Assembly (NCBI GenBank): GCA_965203355.1
Contig: OZ241889.1
Location: 480,001 to 544,000 of the forward strand
Direction: 5' to 3'
Length of the DNA stretch: 64,000 bases
DNA from: Candidatus Latescibacterota bacterium
GTDB taxonomy: Bacteria; Latescibacterota; UBA2968; UBA8231
Of this stretch, positions 1 through 8,650 are shown in pieces; position 1 is the first letter of the stretch, and each line of letters starts with the position of its first letter. The notes beneath the pieces are model-generated. The model made no database searches. It was not told the DNA's origin and was given only the letters and a program-made list of their open reading frames with translations. Both the position numbers and the translations under genes were made by a program.

Positions 1-239
1 GGCGTGGGCTGGTAGTAATCCATGCCGAGGCAGATGGCGGTTTGGGCACCGGGAACCATCCGGCGTGGGTCTTCGCGCTTGTCGAGGTGGCGTTTGAGGT
101 AGTCCATTTGGCCGGCGTAGCCCAAGGCTACCCAGCGGGCGTAAAACTCGGCCCCTTCTAACGGACCGGCCGGCGCGAAACCGACCGCGGTAAAGCCCAG
201 GGCGCGGGCCTTGCGGCGAATTTGTTCGGTCAGCGACAT
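1..239 (-). CDS. queG: tRNA epoxyqueuosine(34) reductase QueG, N-terminal part (runs off window)
   Basis: Manual translation from ATG at 239: MSLTEQIRRKARALGFTAVGFAPA...RWVALGYAGQMDYLKRHLDKREDPRRMVPGAQTAICLGMDYY, typical QueG N-terminus (GYAGxMxYL, RxDP); directly downstream of rseP. Confidence 0.85.
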   Translation of the reverse strand, partial: MSLTEQIRRKARALGFTAVGFAPAGPLEGAEFYARWVALGYAGQMDYLKRHLDKREDPRRMVPGAQTAICLGMDYYQPT

Positions 240-260
240 GCCGGGCGGCACAGGCAGCGA

Positions 261-1570
261 CTAGAACATTTCCGCGATGTGGCGAAAGACCATCTGATTG
301 AGATCGTTGAACGTGACCAGCACCATGATCAACAGCATGATGGCCAAGCCGATCTGCTGAAAAATCGCGCGCTGGCGCAGCGAAAGCGGCCGGCGCATAA
401 TGGCCTCTAGCGCGAGGAAGGTCAGGTGGCCGCCGTCGAGCACGGGGATGGGCAGGAGGTTGATAATCGCCAAATTGACGCTGAGTATGGCGAGGAAATT
501 GACGAAGGCATGCAAGCCCTGCTCGGCAGTCTGGCCGGCTAGCTGGGCGATGCGCAACGGCCCCCCCAATTCGTCGGTCGAGCGGTCGCCTTGGAAAAGC
601 TCGCCCAAGAAGTCGAGGATCAGCCAAGAGGAATTGTACACGCCCAGCCCCCCCAACACCACCGCACGTCCCAACCCGACGATGTGGCGCGTCGCCTGCG
701 GGCCGATGCCAATGCGACCCACGGACGCGTCGCCCTCAGCGCGGGCCGCCGGGGTGATTAACTGCTCCATGCGCTGGCCATCGCGCTCCCAAACCAACGG
801 AATGGCCTCGCCCGGATAGCGGCGGATCTCCTCGCTCATTTCGGCCCAACTCACCACCGGCACTTGGCCGACGGAGAGAACGATGTCGCCCACTTGCAGG
901 CCGAGGCTGTCGGCTGGCATCCCGGGCTCAACGTACCCCACCGTGGTGGGGCGCATTAGCTGTACGCCGTAGCCCTCGTCTCCCACGGGCGGCAGGTCAA
1001 AGTCCAAGAGGATCCATCGCGCTCGATTTCGAGCCTAGTGCCGCTGCTTGCGCTCTCGTCTAAAGCGCTGGCCAATTCGTAGGCATTGCCGACGGGCGTA
1101 CCTCCGACGGTGCGCACGCGGTCGCCGCGCACCAGACCGACCTCGGCGGCCAGGGAATTCTCCTGGGGATTGACGCGCGTGCTATCGAAGGAGTCGATTC
1201 CATAAACGCTGAAGAGGAAGATCAGAGCCACGAAGGCGAAGAGGAAGTTCATCGCCGGACCAGCGGCAATGACCGCCATGCGAATTCCCACCGATCTAGC
1301 GGGAAATTCCCAATGCGCGCCGGTGGTTTCCTCCGTGCCCACGTCGGCCATGCCAGCCACCTTGACGTAACCGCCAAAGGGAATCCAAGAGATGCAGTAC
1401 TCGGTTTCGCCGCGAGTAAAGCCGATCATCTTGGGCGGGTAGCCCAACGAGAAGCGCTCGACGCGGATGCCCGCCCATTTGGCGACCATAAAGTGGCCCA
1501 ACTCGTGGACGAAAACCAAGACGCCTAAGGCGATGAGAAACGAGGCAATAGTAGTAAGGGTATCCAGCAT
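261..1570 (-). CDS. rseP: RIP metalloprotease RseP, split by a single-base frameshift near 1010 (ORFs 956..1570 and 261..1007)
   Basis: HELGH zinc motif, GGYVK and AGPAMN in the 5' ORF; second PDZ domain and NLLPIPVLDGGH in the 3' ORF; uppS-cdsA-rseP synteny. Confidence 0.9.
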
Positions 1571-1583
1571 ACTCTAATCCATC

Positions 1584-2420
1584 TCAAGAAAAAACGGCCA
1601 GCACATCCACGTAGAGATACGCCAGCGGAAAGGCTAAAAAGTAGGAATCAAAACGGTCGAGTAGGCCGCCGTGGCCTGGGATTAGCCTTGGCGCGTCCTT
1701 GATGCCCATGTCGCGCTTAAAGGCCGATTCCACCAAGTCGCCCACTTGCGCGCCCAGGCCCGCGACGAACAAAAGCCCCAGCAGCGACGCCGTAGAAAAG
1801 GAAGGCAGCAAAAAGCCCAAGGGCAGGGGCAGTGCGCTGCCGATTACGCCGCCGATGCTCCCGACCCTCGTCTTATTAGGGCTGATCGCCGGTGCTAGCT
1901 TGGCCCGGCCCCAAAACCGACCGCTGAAGTACGCCCCGGAATCTGTGAGCCAAATGCAGAGAAAGAGCACGGCTACCAAATGGTGAGCCTCCGCACCCCT
2001 ACCAGCCGCCTGAAAAAGCAGCAGCGGCGCACTGCCCAAGACGCCAAAGAAGAACACACCGCCCAACGTCAAAAAGACATTGGCCGCATAGTGCTCCGTG
2101 CCTTGGAACAAAGCCCACACCACAACCAGCAAGAGAGCCGCCATCAGCAACGCGGCGAGGTCGTCGCTCGCGCCCTGCCGCCAGAAGTAGAAGTAGCTGC
2201 ACAGCCCTAAGACCAACAAGCTGCCCAGCAGGCGGATGGTGCGGTAGCCCGCTTCGGCTAGGATGTGGTAATATTCCCACGAGCAGCGCACGGCCACCGC
2301 CAGTACCAAGAGGAAGATTCCCCAGCTAGCCCCTTCGACCAGCAGGAGGATCATCGGCACGAATACGACCGCCGCGAGGACGCGCAGCCGCAGACCAGAG
2401 AACGCTGGGTTAACTGCCAA
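1584..2420 (-). CDS. cdsA: Phosphatidate cytidylyltransferase
   Basis: DSGAYF, SPNKT, GDLVESAFKR...KD...PGHGGLLDRFDS signature; likely TTG start at 2420 overlapping the uppS stop. Confidence 0.92.
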   Translation of the reverse strand: MAVNPAFSGLRLRVLAAVVFVPMILLLVEGASWGIFLLVLAVAVRCSWEYYHILAEAGYRTIRLLGSLLVLGLCSYFYFWRQGASDDLAALLMAALLLVVVWALFQGTEHYAANVFLTLGGVFFFGVLGSAPLLLFQAAGRGAEAHHLVAVLFLCIWLTDSGAYFSGRFWGRAKLAPAISPNKTRVGSIGGVIGSALPLPLGFLLPSFSTASLLGLLFVAGLGAQVGDLVESAFKRDMGIKDAPRLIPGHGGLLDRFDSYFLAFPLAYLYVDVLAVFS

Positions 2421-3216
2421 AGCGCCTCTGTCGCTGTTGATAGGCGGCAATGGCTTCGTAGAGATGCTGGCGGCGAAAGTCCGGCCAATGTACGTCGCCG
2501 ACAAAGCAAATCTCGGTGTAGACCATCTGCCAAGGGAGGAAATTGCTCAGCCGCATTTCGCCGCTGGTGCGGATCAACAGGTCTGGGTCGGGCAAGTCGG
2601 CGGTATAAAGGGCCCCGCTGATTTGTTCCTCGCCGATGTCTGCTGGGGCGAGCCGACCCGCCGCTACTTCGGTAGCCAGCTTGCGGAAGGCATCGACCAA
2701 CTCGCTGCGGCCCCCGTAGTTGAGTGCCAAGTTGAGCTTGAGGCCGGTGTTGTCTTTGGTCTGCGCGAGGGCGTGGTCTAAGGCCAACTGTATGATCGGA
2801 GACAACGCGTCAGTGCGGCCGATGGCGTTGAGCGATACGTTGTTTTCGCGGAGTTCCGACACTTCGTCGCGCAGCGACTCGTGTAGCCACTGCATCAACT
2901 CTTCTACTTCCGCTTCGGGTCGGGACCAGTTCTCCGTTGAGAAGGTGTATAGAGTCAACGCCTCGACTTGCAGTTGGCTACAGGCGCGGACAATGTCGCG
3001 CACTGACTCGCGGCCAAAGCGATGGCCCTCGGTTTTGGGCAGCTTGCGCTCGACAGCCCAGCGCCTGTCGCCATCCATTATAATGGCGATGTGTTGCGGC
3101 AGGTTTCCTTCGTCCTTGAGGCGCTGCTGGATGCGGAAATCCTCTTCGGGATGGAGGGGTTTTACCGGGTGGTATTCGCGGGGAGAAATTTCCAGCGGCA
3201 GAGCCTGAGCACTCAT
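2410..3216 (-). CDS. uppS: Undecaprenyl diphosphate synthase (cis-prenyltransferase)
   Basis: PQHIAIIMDG, YTFSTENWSRP, NYGGR, PDLLIRTSGEMRLSNFL, C-terminal RRFG. Confidence 0.95.
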   Translation of the reverse strand: MSAQALPLEISPREYHPVKPLHPEEDFRIQQRLKDEGNLPQHIAIIMDGDRRWAVERKLPKTEGHRFGRESVRDIVRACSQLQVEALTLYTFSTENWSRPEAEVEELMQWLHESLRDEVSELRENNVSLNAIGRTDALSPIIQLALDHALAQTKDNTGLKLNLALNYGGRSELVDAFRKLATEVAAGRLAPADIGEEQISGALYTADLPDPDLLIRTSGEMRLSNFLPWQMVYTEICFVGDVHWPDFRRQHLYEAIAAYQQRQRRFGS

Positions 3217-3318
3217 AACGGATGATTGGGTGGGGTTTCTGTGGCGGCCATCCTCGGCCCTGTCATAGATTTGGGCGCGTTCTGCCTTAAAAAAACAAGG
3301 CCGCGCCCATCTTGGTTA

Positions 3319-3347
3319 ATCTTAGGGGAAAGGCTCATATTCGTCAA
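3319..3347 (-). promoter_or_regulatory. sigma70-type promoter for the uppS-cdsA-rseP-queG operon
   Basis: Minus strand reads TTGACG-17 bp-TAAGAT, about 100 bp upstream of the uppS ATG. Confidence 0.6.
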
Positions 3348-3353
3348 GCAATC

Positions 3354-3485
3354 GATAGTGGTACGTTTTGAAATTTAGCGTTACTCCCGTTGAACGGGTT
3401 GCTCTCGCTCGGCCTGAACCCCGGCGACCCAAGCCCGACCTCAACCGGACCGCGACAATTGGAGATTTCAAAACGCATCACGACC
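3354..3485. mobile_element. MITE-like element, copy 1 (complete, ~21-bp imperfect TIRs)
   Basis: Left end GATAGTGGTACGTTTTGAAAT vs reverse complement of right end GGTCGTGATGCGTTTTGAAAT (17/21); shares core CCGCGACAATTGGAGATT with copies at ~8491 and ~46628. Confidence 0.75.
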
Positions 3486-3544
3486 GAATGATTTGGTCTA
3501 ATCCCGCTTTGGCAGTGCAGGGTAGGTGCCGACATGGACAATAG

Positions 3545-3577
3545 AAATGGGACCTCAGAAAACTGAGGTCCCATTTT
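3545..3577. terminator. Intrinsic terminator downstream of the large surface-protein gene
   Basis: Perfect 14-bp stem AAATGGGACCTCAG-AAAA-CTGAGGTCCCATTT with A/T tails, about 25 bp past the stop codon. Confidence 0.8.
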
Positions 3578-3600
3578 CGTGATTCGCGGTGTCGCGTGTG

Positions 3601-6600
3601 CTACTTGAGCAGCAGCATCTTCTTGATGTCGAGGAAGTCACCGCCCGCCTGCAAGCGGTAGAAGTACATCCCCGACGATACGCTCTGGCCGCTATCGTTG
3701 GTCGCGTCCCACTCCACCGCATAACGACCGGCACTCTGATGCTCGGCAACCAGCGTCCGCACCGGCTGACCCAATACGTTATATACGGTCAGCCCCACGT
3801 CCGCCGCCTGCGGCAACGCATACTGAATCGTCGTCTGCGGATTGAACGGATTCGGATAGTTGGCCGCCAGCGAAAACACGGCCGGGCGCGTCTGCACCGA
3901 AACCGGCGCGGGCAATGCCAGCCGGTTGAAGCCCAACGCCTGGTCCCAGGTCCGGTTGTCGGTGATTTCGAGGGTCGTATGCTCGATCTCGGTCGTCGGC
4001 CGGAAGACTAAGCGCAGCATCAGTTCACCGTCCGAAACGACATCGCCGTGCGTGGCTACCGTCAACACGCCCGCTTCGGCCAGCACCTGCGGCGTAGCGA
4101 ATGCGCTCCCGCCCAGCGGCTGATCGGTCTGCGCCTCGACGAAGGTTAGCTGGTCGGCGTCATACGCTATCTGCAAGCCGTAGCCTTTGACCGCTACGAA
4201 GTCGGCCAGTCGCACATCGACGACGAACTCCTCTCCCACGCTCGGCAGGGCTGTCGGCGCATCCAGATACAGCCGCGCCGCCGCATTTAGCCCGGCCTGC
4301 AACGGCACCGGCTTGCCGGCCCCGCTGTTGAACCGATCGAACAACGCGCTCAAGTCGCCAAAGTCCAGCATCGCGTTGATGGTAATCGCGAACATCAGCG
4401 AGACGCTTTCTTCGCCAGCCATGGCCGTGTAGGTGACTTCAACGGCCCCATCAGTCGCCGCTTCCGGCGTCCCGGAGATCGTCCGGGTCGCCGGGTCAAA
4501 CGACAGCCCGGCCGGCAGCCCCGATACGCTATACGTGATGGTGCCTTCGCCGCCCAGCGCCATCGGCAGCACCAACGGCGTAATCGCCGTGCCCGCCGTA
4601 TAGTTCTGGTTGGGAATTGAAGCACCATCAACAAACGCCAAGGCGATCATCATATCCTCATCGCCGTCATTATCGTCCATCATGCCGCGGTCCATGTCGG
4701 TCAGCACCAGCGTCGCCGAACCCGCCATCAAGCCGGGCAGCATCGCGTTGAGGATGATCGTCTCGTCGCCTTCGGCCAGGCCGTCCGAGACTGGATCGAT
4801 CAACAGGCGCGTCGAACCCATAATCGAACCGGCGGCAATGGTAATGGTCGGATTGAACAGCGCCGAGTAGTCCGTGTCGCGGGTGGCACTGCTCGCAGCC
4901 GCATCAATCGAAACGGAGACCGTCGCGTTCTCGGCCAACGGCTTGCCGTCTAGCGCGGCCATGACCATTACTTCCGTCAATTCGGCTGACTCGCTGATCG
5001 CGCTCGGCGTCACCGACAGCACCAAAGACGTGCTGGGCGTTTCGTCGTCGGAAATGCGGATGTCCACCTGCGCCCAGCCGCCCGAAGCCGCCGCTCGCAC
5101 CCCCAAGTGCTTATGACCGGCCGCTGAAGCATTGTCAATCGGCGACAGGAAAAGCGTCGTCGAACCCATCGTCTCGCCAGCCGCAATCGTGATCGTCCCC
5201 GCTAATGTCGCGGTGTAATCCACGTCGCGGGTGGCCATCGCGCCGCTGGCCGGCGGCACAATCGTGAAACGGACCGTCTCAGCCGCCGGAGCCGCGCCCG
5301 ACAAGGTCGCCGTAACTCGGATTTCAGCCGTCTCGCCGTTTTCGCGCACGGCCGATTGCGAAGCCATCACGCTGGCGACGCCAATCGTAACCGGCGCGGC
5401 GTCAGCAACCGTGATGGTGAAAGTCCGCACCCCGCCATCGCCGTCGGCATCAATCGCCGTATAGACGACCGAGGCCATGCCCGCCAGCGTCGGTGTGCCC
5501 GAAAGCGTCCGGGTCGCCGCGTCAAACGACAGCCCCAGCGGCAGGTTCGACGAAACGCTGTACATCAGCGTTCCTTGGCCGCCCGTGGCCGCGGGCAACA
5601 CCGCGCTAAACGCTTGCCCCACCGTCGCTTCAAAGGCTAACGCGGCCGTGCCGAAACTCGGCCATCTCGTGTCCGCGGGCGTCTCGGAAGAATCATCCAT
5701 CATCGCCGCGTCTTTCAGCTTGATCGCCACGGGGCCGACCGTGATCTTGTCGTCGTCTTGGTTCTTGAGGTCGTCCTTGAGTGGCTTCAGTGTGATCGTC
5801 TCGTCGTTGTCGGCTTTGCCGTCGTTGACCGGCGTGATCGTGATCGTCGTCGAGCCGGTGATCTCGCCGCGTGGAATCGTCAGCGAGCGAAGCACCGCCG
5901 TATAATCCACATCCCGCGTCGCCGAACCGGACGCATCCTCATCCAAGACCAACGAGATCGTCGCATTCGCGTCGAGCACCTTGCCGTCTAACGTGCCCGT
6001 AACCGTGACCGTCGTCTCACCCGCGTCCTCTTTGATTTCGCTCGGATTGACCGACAGCGTGATGTTTTCGCTCAGCGTCTCATCGTCCGTGATCGTGAAC
6101 GTCTGCTCGTTCATCTGAGACTCTTCGGTTCCGACTTTCGCTGTCACCGTGAACGTCCGCGCATTATTCGCACCGCTGTTGTCCACCGGCGTGACCCGCA
6201 GCATGGCCGTGCCCTTGGTATCGCCGGTCGGGATCGTCAGCCCCTCAATGACCTCCACCTCATAATGCACATCGCGCGTCCCCTGACCCGCCGTAATCTG
6301 AAAGTCCACTGCCTTAGAGCCGGTTAAAGCCGTCTCCAACTCAACGGTCATCGTAACATCCGTCACCCCGGCGGCTTCGCGGATCGTCTTCGGACTCAGC
6401 GTAAAGTTCTTGAGCGTCGCAACCGCAACGTCCTCAACCGTGATGGTGCCGGGCTTGACCACAATAGGAATGACAAAAGAGTCCAAACGCTTGATAACTG
6501 TCCCATTGGGTATCTCTGTCCCATGGTTGCCACTTGTACTTGTACGGCCTGGAGTGATTCGCCCATCGCCGTTAAAGTCAATACGGAGCTCGAAAGCTTT

Positions 6601-7905
6601 CTGCGTTCGTTGGCTGGCTGTGAGAAGCGTGTCACCTACTCCATCAAGTAAGTATGGACCTGTTTCCGATAGCACTTTTCCGTCGGGCACCACATAGGTA
6701 TCCAACAGATCGTCATCCTTGAAAAAGTCGATCCCCAAGTCTTTTTCTACTAAAACGGTCCCCGCTGGGAGTTTGTCGGAGGCGGCATAGTTAAATGGCT
6801 CGCTATCCAAATTGACCCCAAAAAGCCCCGTGCTACTAGTAGGGCCTGTTCCAATATCCCCATCGCCGTTGAAGTCCACGCCGATGCCCATTAAACCGTT
6901 GCGATTAACGATTTCAGCAAACTGGACGTTGTCTTTTGTCGAATGCACATAATTATCTCCATTTATGGTCCCTTCCGTCCTTATGTCGAACCGGACCTGC
7001 TTACCCGCGCTATTGATCCGTTTCTTGACCTCCACCATTATCGTATCGGCATTGAGCTCGATCGTGCCCGACTTATTATCCGGATCGAGGGTGAACGTAG
7101 TCGTCGCGTCGATCTTCTTCTTCGGAATGGTCAGAGAACCCAACCCCCTAAGCGAGTAATCCACATCGCGCGTCAAGAAGCCACTGCCAGAAGAAACAAC
7201 CAACTGGGATTTAAGGTCTTGGGCCTTCAACGCGCCGCCCTCCAACATCGCCGTCACTTCAATCGGAGTCGCATCCGCCTGCTTGCTGAGCTTGGCCGGC
7301 GAAAAAGAGAGGTCGATATTGGGGACGAACACATCGTCGTCAATCAGATCAATATAGAAGACGCCAGTAACATTAGTAAGCTTCTCCTTATAGGACTTGG
7401 CGGTTTTGCCTTTCTCGAAGATGTCGCCAGTAGAACCCCCTACGTCAATCACGATAGGAAGATTAACCCGCATTTTAACCTTACCCGTATCGACCGCCGT
7501 ACCCGCCGTTATGGTCAGGGTATCAACATCCGCCGAAGCGTTGGCCTTGTTAATTCCGATCCGATTATTGTTGATCGGAGTTATGGTGATCGTCCCGGTC
7601 GCCTTGCGCTCGCCCTTCTTAATCACCAAAGAGGGTAACGATATTCTGAACAAATCGTTGAGATAGCGGGCCGTGATACCGACAAGACGCAGCGGAAGCT
7701 GAAGATCGGCCTTCGCCTTCGCGTCAGCGTCGCGTAATTCGGCTGTCACCATAATATCTTGCGCCCCTCCATCCTCGCGGACGGAACGCCGATCAACGGA
7801 TATGTCGATATTCTCGCTCTGAGCCACAGCCTCGCCGGCCCAGCCCAACACCAAACTGGCAACCAGCAAAAAAGGAAAGGTAAAAAGCCGCGTGTGCGTA
7901 CTCAT
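3601..7905 (-). CDS. Large secreted surface protein: signal peptide, ~6 Calx-beta-like repeats, 2 putative Ig (He_PIG) domains, cohesin-like domain, C-terminal FlgD-Ig/T9SS type A-like sorting domain
   Basis: Signal peptide ending AVA-Q; repeated ...ATRDVDY...LTIxxG...ITPVN modules; two LPxGLSFDxATRTxSGTP; C-terminus NYPNPFNPQTTIQY...WDATNDSGQSVSSGMYFYRL...KKMLLLK. Confidence 0.85.
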   Translation of the reverse strand: MSTHTRLFTFPFLLVASLVLGWAGEAVAQSENIDISVDRRSVREDGGAQDIMVTAELRDADAKAKADLQLPLRLVGITARYLNDLFRISLPSLVIKKGERKATGTITITPINNNRIGINKANASADVDTLTITAGTAVDTGKVKMRVNLPIVIDVGGSTGDIFEKGKTAKSYKEKLTNVTGVFYIDLIDDDVFVPNIDLSFSPAKLSKQADATPIEVTAMLEGGALKAQDLKSQLVVSSGSGFLTRDVDYSLRGLGSLTIPKKKIDATTTFTLDPDNKSGTIELNADTIMVEVKKRINSAGKQVRFDIRTEGTINGDNYVHSTKDNVQFAEIVNRNGLMGIGVDFNGDGDIGTGPTSSTGLFGVNLDSEPFNYAASDKLPAGTVLVEKDLGIDFFKDDDLLDTYVVPDGKVLSETGPYLLDGVGDTLLTASQRTQKAFELRIDFNGDGRITPGRTSTSGNHGTEIPNGTVIKRLDSFVIPIVVKPGTITVEDVAVATLKNFTLSPKTIREAAGVTDVTMTVELETALTGSKAVDFQITAGQGTRDVHYEVEVIEGLTIPTGDTKGTAMLRVTPVDNSGANNARTFTVTAKVGTEESQMNEQTFTITDDETLSENITLSVNPSEIKEDAGETTVTVTGTLDGKVLDANATISLVLDEDASGSATRDVDYTAVLRSLTIPRGEITGSTTITITPVNDGKADNDETITLKPLKDDLKNQDDDKITVGPVAIKLKDAAMMDDSSETPADTRWPSFGTAALAFEATVGQAFSAVLPAATGGQGTLMYSVSSNLPLGLSFDAATRTLSGTPTLAGMASVVYTAIDADGDGGVRTFTITVADAAPVTIGVASVMASQSAVRENGETAEIRVTATLSGAAPAAETVRFTIVPPASGAMATRDVDYTATLAGTITIAAGETMGSTTLFLSPIDNASAAGHKHLGVRAAASGGWAQVDIRISDDETPSTSLVLSVTPSAISESAELTEVMVMAALDGKPLAENATVSVSIDAAASSATRDTDYSALFNPTITIAAGSIMGSTRLLIDPVSDGLAEGDETIILNAMLPGLMAGSATLVLTDMDRGMMDDNDGDEDMMIALAFVDGASIPNQNYTAGTAITPLVLPMALGGEGTITYSVSGLPAGLSFDPATRTISGTPEAATDGAVEVTYTAMAGEESVSLMFAITINAMLDFGDLSALFDRFNSGAGKPVPLQAGLNAAARLYLDAPTALPSVGEEFVVDVRLADFVAVKGYGLQIAYDADQLTFVEAQTDQPLGGSAFATPQVLAEAGVLTVATHGDVVSDGELMLRLVFRPTTEIEHTTLEITDNRTWDQALGFNRLALPAPVSVQTRPAVFSLAANYPNPFNPQTTIQYALPQAADVGLTVYNVLGQPVRTLVAEHQSAGRYAVEWDATNDSGQSVSSGMYFYRLQAGGDFLDIKKMLLLK

Positions 7906-8101
7906 GATCTCACTCCTTTAGAAAAGGGAAAAGTGACAGAAGAAAATGGACTTAGCCTTATCACTAAGCCGCTGCGTTCTTGCGTTTTTGCTACCGTTGA
8001 GAAAGACGAATCCCTCGCGGCGAGCGCTCGGGCTACGACGTCGCCGACCGATAACCGCGAGGCTACCGAGGATGGGTTTCGTTTGTGATGTGGATGGGTG
8101 G

Positions 8102-8124
8102 CCACTGACCACTGACCACTGACC
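8102..8124. repeat. Heptamer tandem repeat (CCACTGA)x3 in the leader of the surface-protein gene
   Basis: ccactgaccactgaccactgacc seen directly. Confidence 0.8.
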
Positions 8125-8240
8125 GGTGGAGCTTACCGACGCGGCCGGACAGAATAATGCCGTTTCCCGCTTCCGTAGAGGAAGGGGAGCGAGGCAAATA
8201 GGTTGGTGAGTGAAGCTAGGGCTTAATGCCCAAGAAATTC

Positions 8241-8260
8241 GGGGAGGGGGGGGGGGGGGG
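8241..8260. repeat. Poly-G tract (G4-A-G15), adjacent to palindrome TAAGTC-N13-GACTTA
   Basis: ggggaggggggggggggggg followed by taagtcattgttttttaacgactta. Confidence 0.85.
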
Positions 8261-8457
8261 TAAGTCATTGTTTTTTAACGACTTATGGAGATTAAGTCTC
8301 GGCGTTATCGCAAACGTAGAACAAGGCACCGCTTCCGGCGATGGCGTTCTTTGTGCTATTGACGTTGTGCCCATGTCCTGTTAATCCGACTAAGAATGCC
8401 GCAAACGGCGGGGGTTTTATACCCAAACGCAACGCGCCGCTGTGAATTGCAACGTAT

Positions 8458-8487
8458 ATTTTACGAATTTCAGCAAAGGTTTGTCAA
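8458..8487 (-). promoter_or_regulatory. sigma70-type promoter of the large surface-protein gene
   Basis: Minus strand reads TTGACA-18 bp-TAAAAT, immediately inside MITE copy 2. Confidence 0.6.
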
Positions 8488-8490
8488 GCG

Positions 8491-8588
8491 GAAGTTTAGC
8501 TTTACTCCCGTTGGATCGCCCCGGCTCAACCCCAAACCCGACCGCAACCGGACCGCGACAATTGGAGATTGCAAAATGTACCACGACC
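8491..8588. mobile_element. MITE-like element, copy 2 (left TIR missing, internal deletions)
   Basis: gaagtttagctttactcccgttg...accggaccgcgacaattggagattgcaaaatgtaccacgacc aligns with copy 1; followed by AAGCAATC, the 8-mer that precedes copy 1. Confidence 0.72.
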
Positions 8589-8614
8589 AAGCAATCCCTA
8601 GGTGCCACACGCGC

Positions 8615-8643
8615 TTGACGCCCTTTTTGGGTGCCGATATTAT
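8615..8643 (+). promoter_or_regulatory. sigma70-type promoter for the cyclo-ligase/NIPSNAP/dusB operon
   Basis: TTGACG-17 bp-TATTAT, ending 7 nt before the ATG at 8651. Confidence 0.7.
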
Positions 8644-8650
8644 GGTACTC

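Noticed and set aside
7990-8090. c-di-GMP-I riboswitch in the surface-protein leader
   Set aside because: Only a GGTAGC...GGTTATCG resemblance; the GGCAAA/GAAA/GACGCAAA core is absent.
8290-8490. 6S RNA (ssrS) expected upstream of ygfA
   Set aside because: No long rod with a central bubble or recognisable 6S motifs; the region lies inside the inserted cassette and ygfA has its own promoter.
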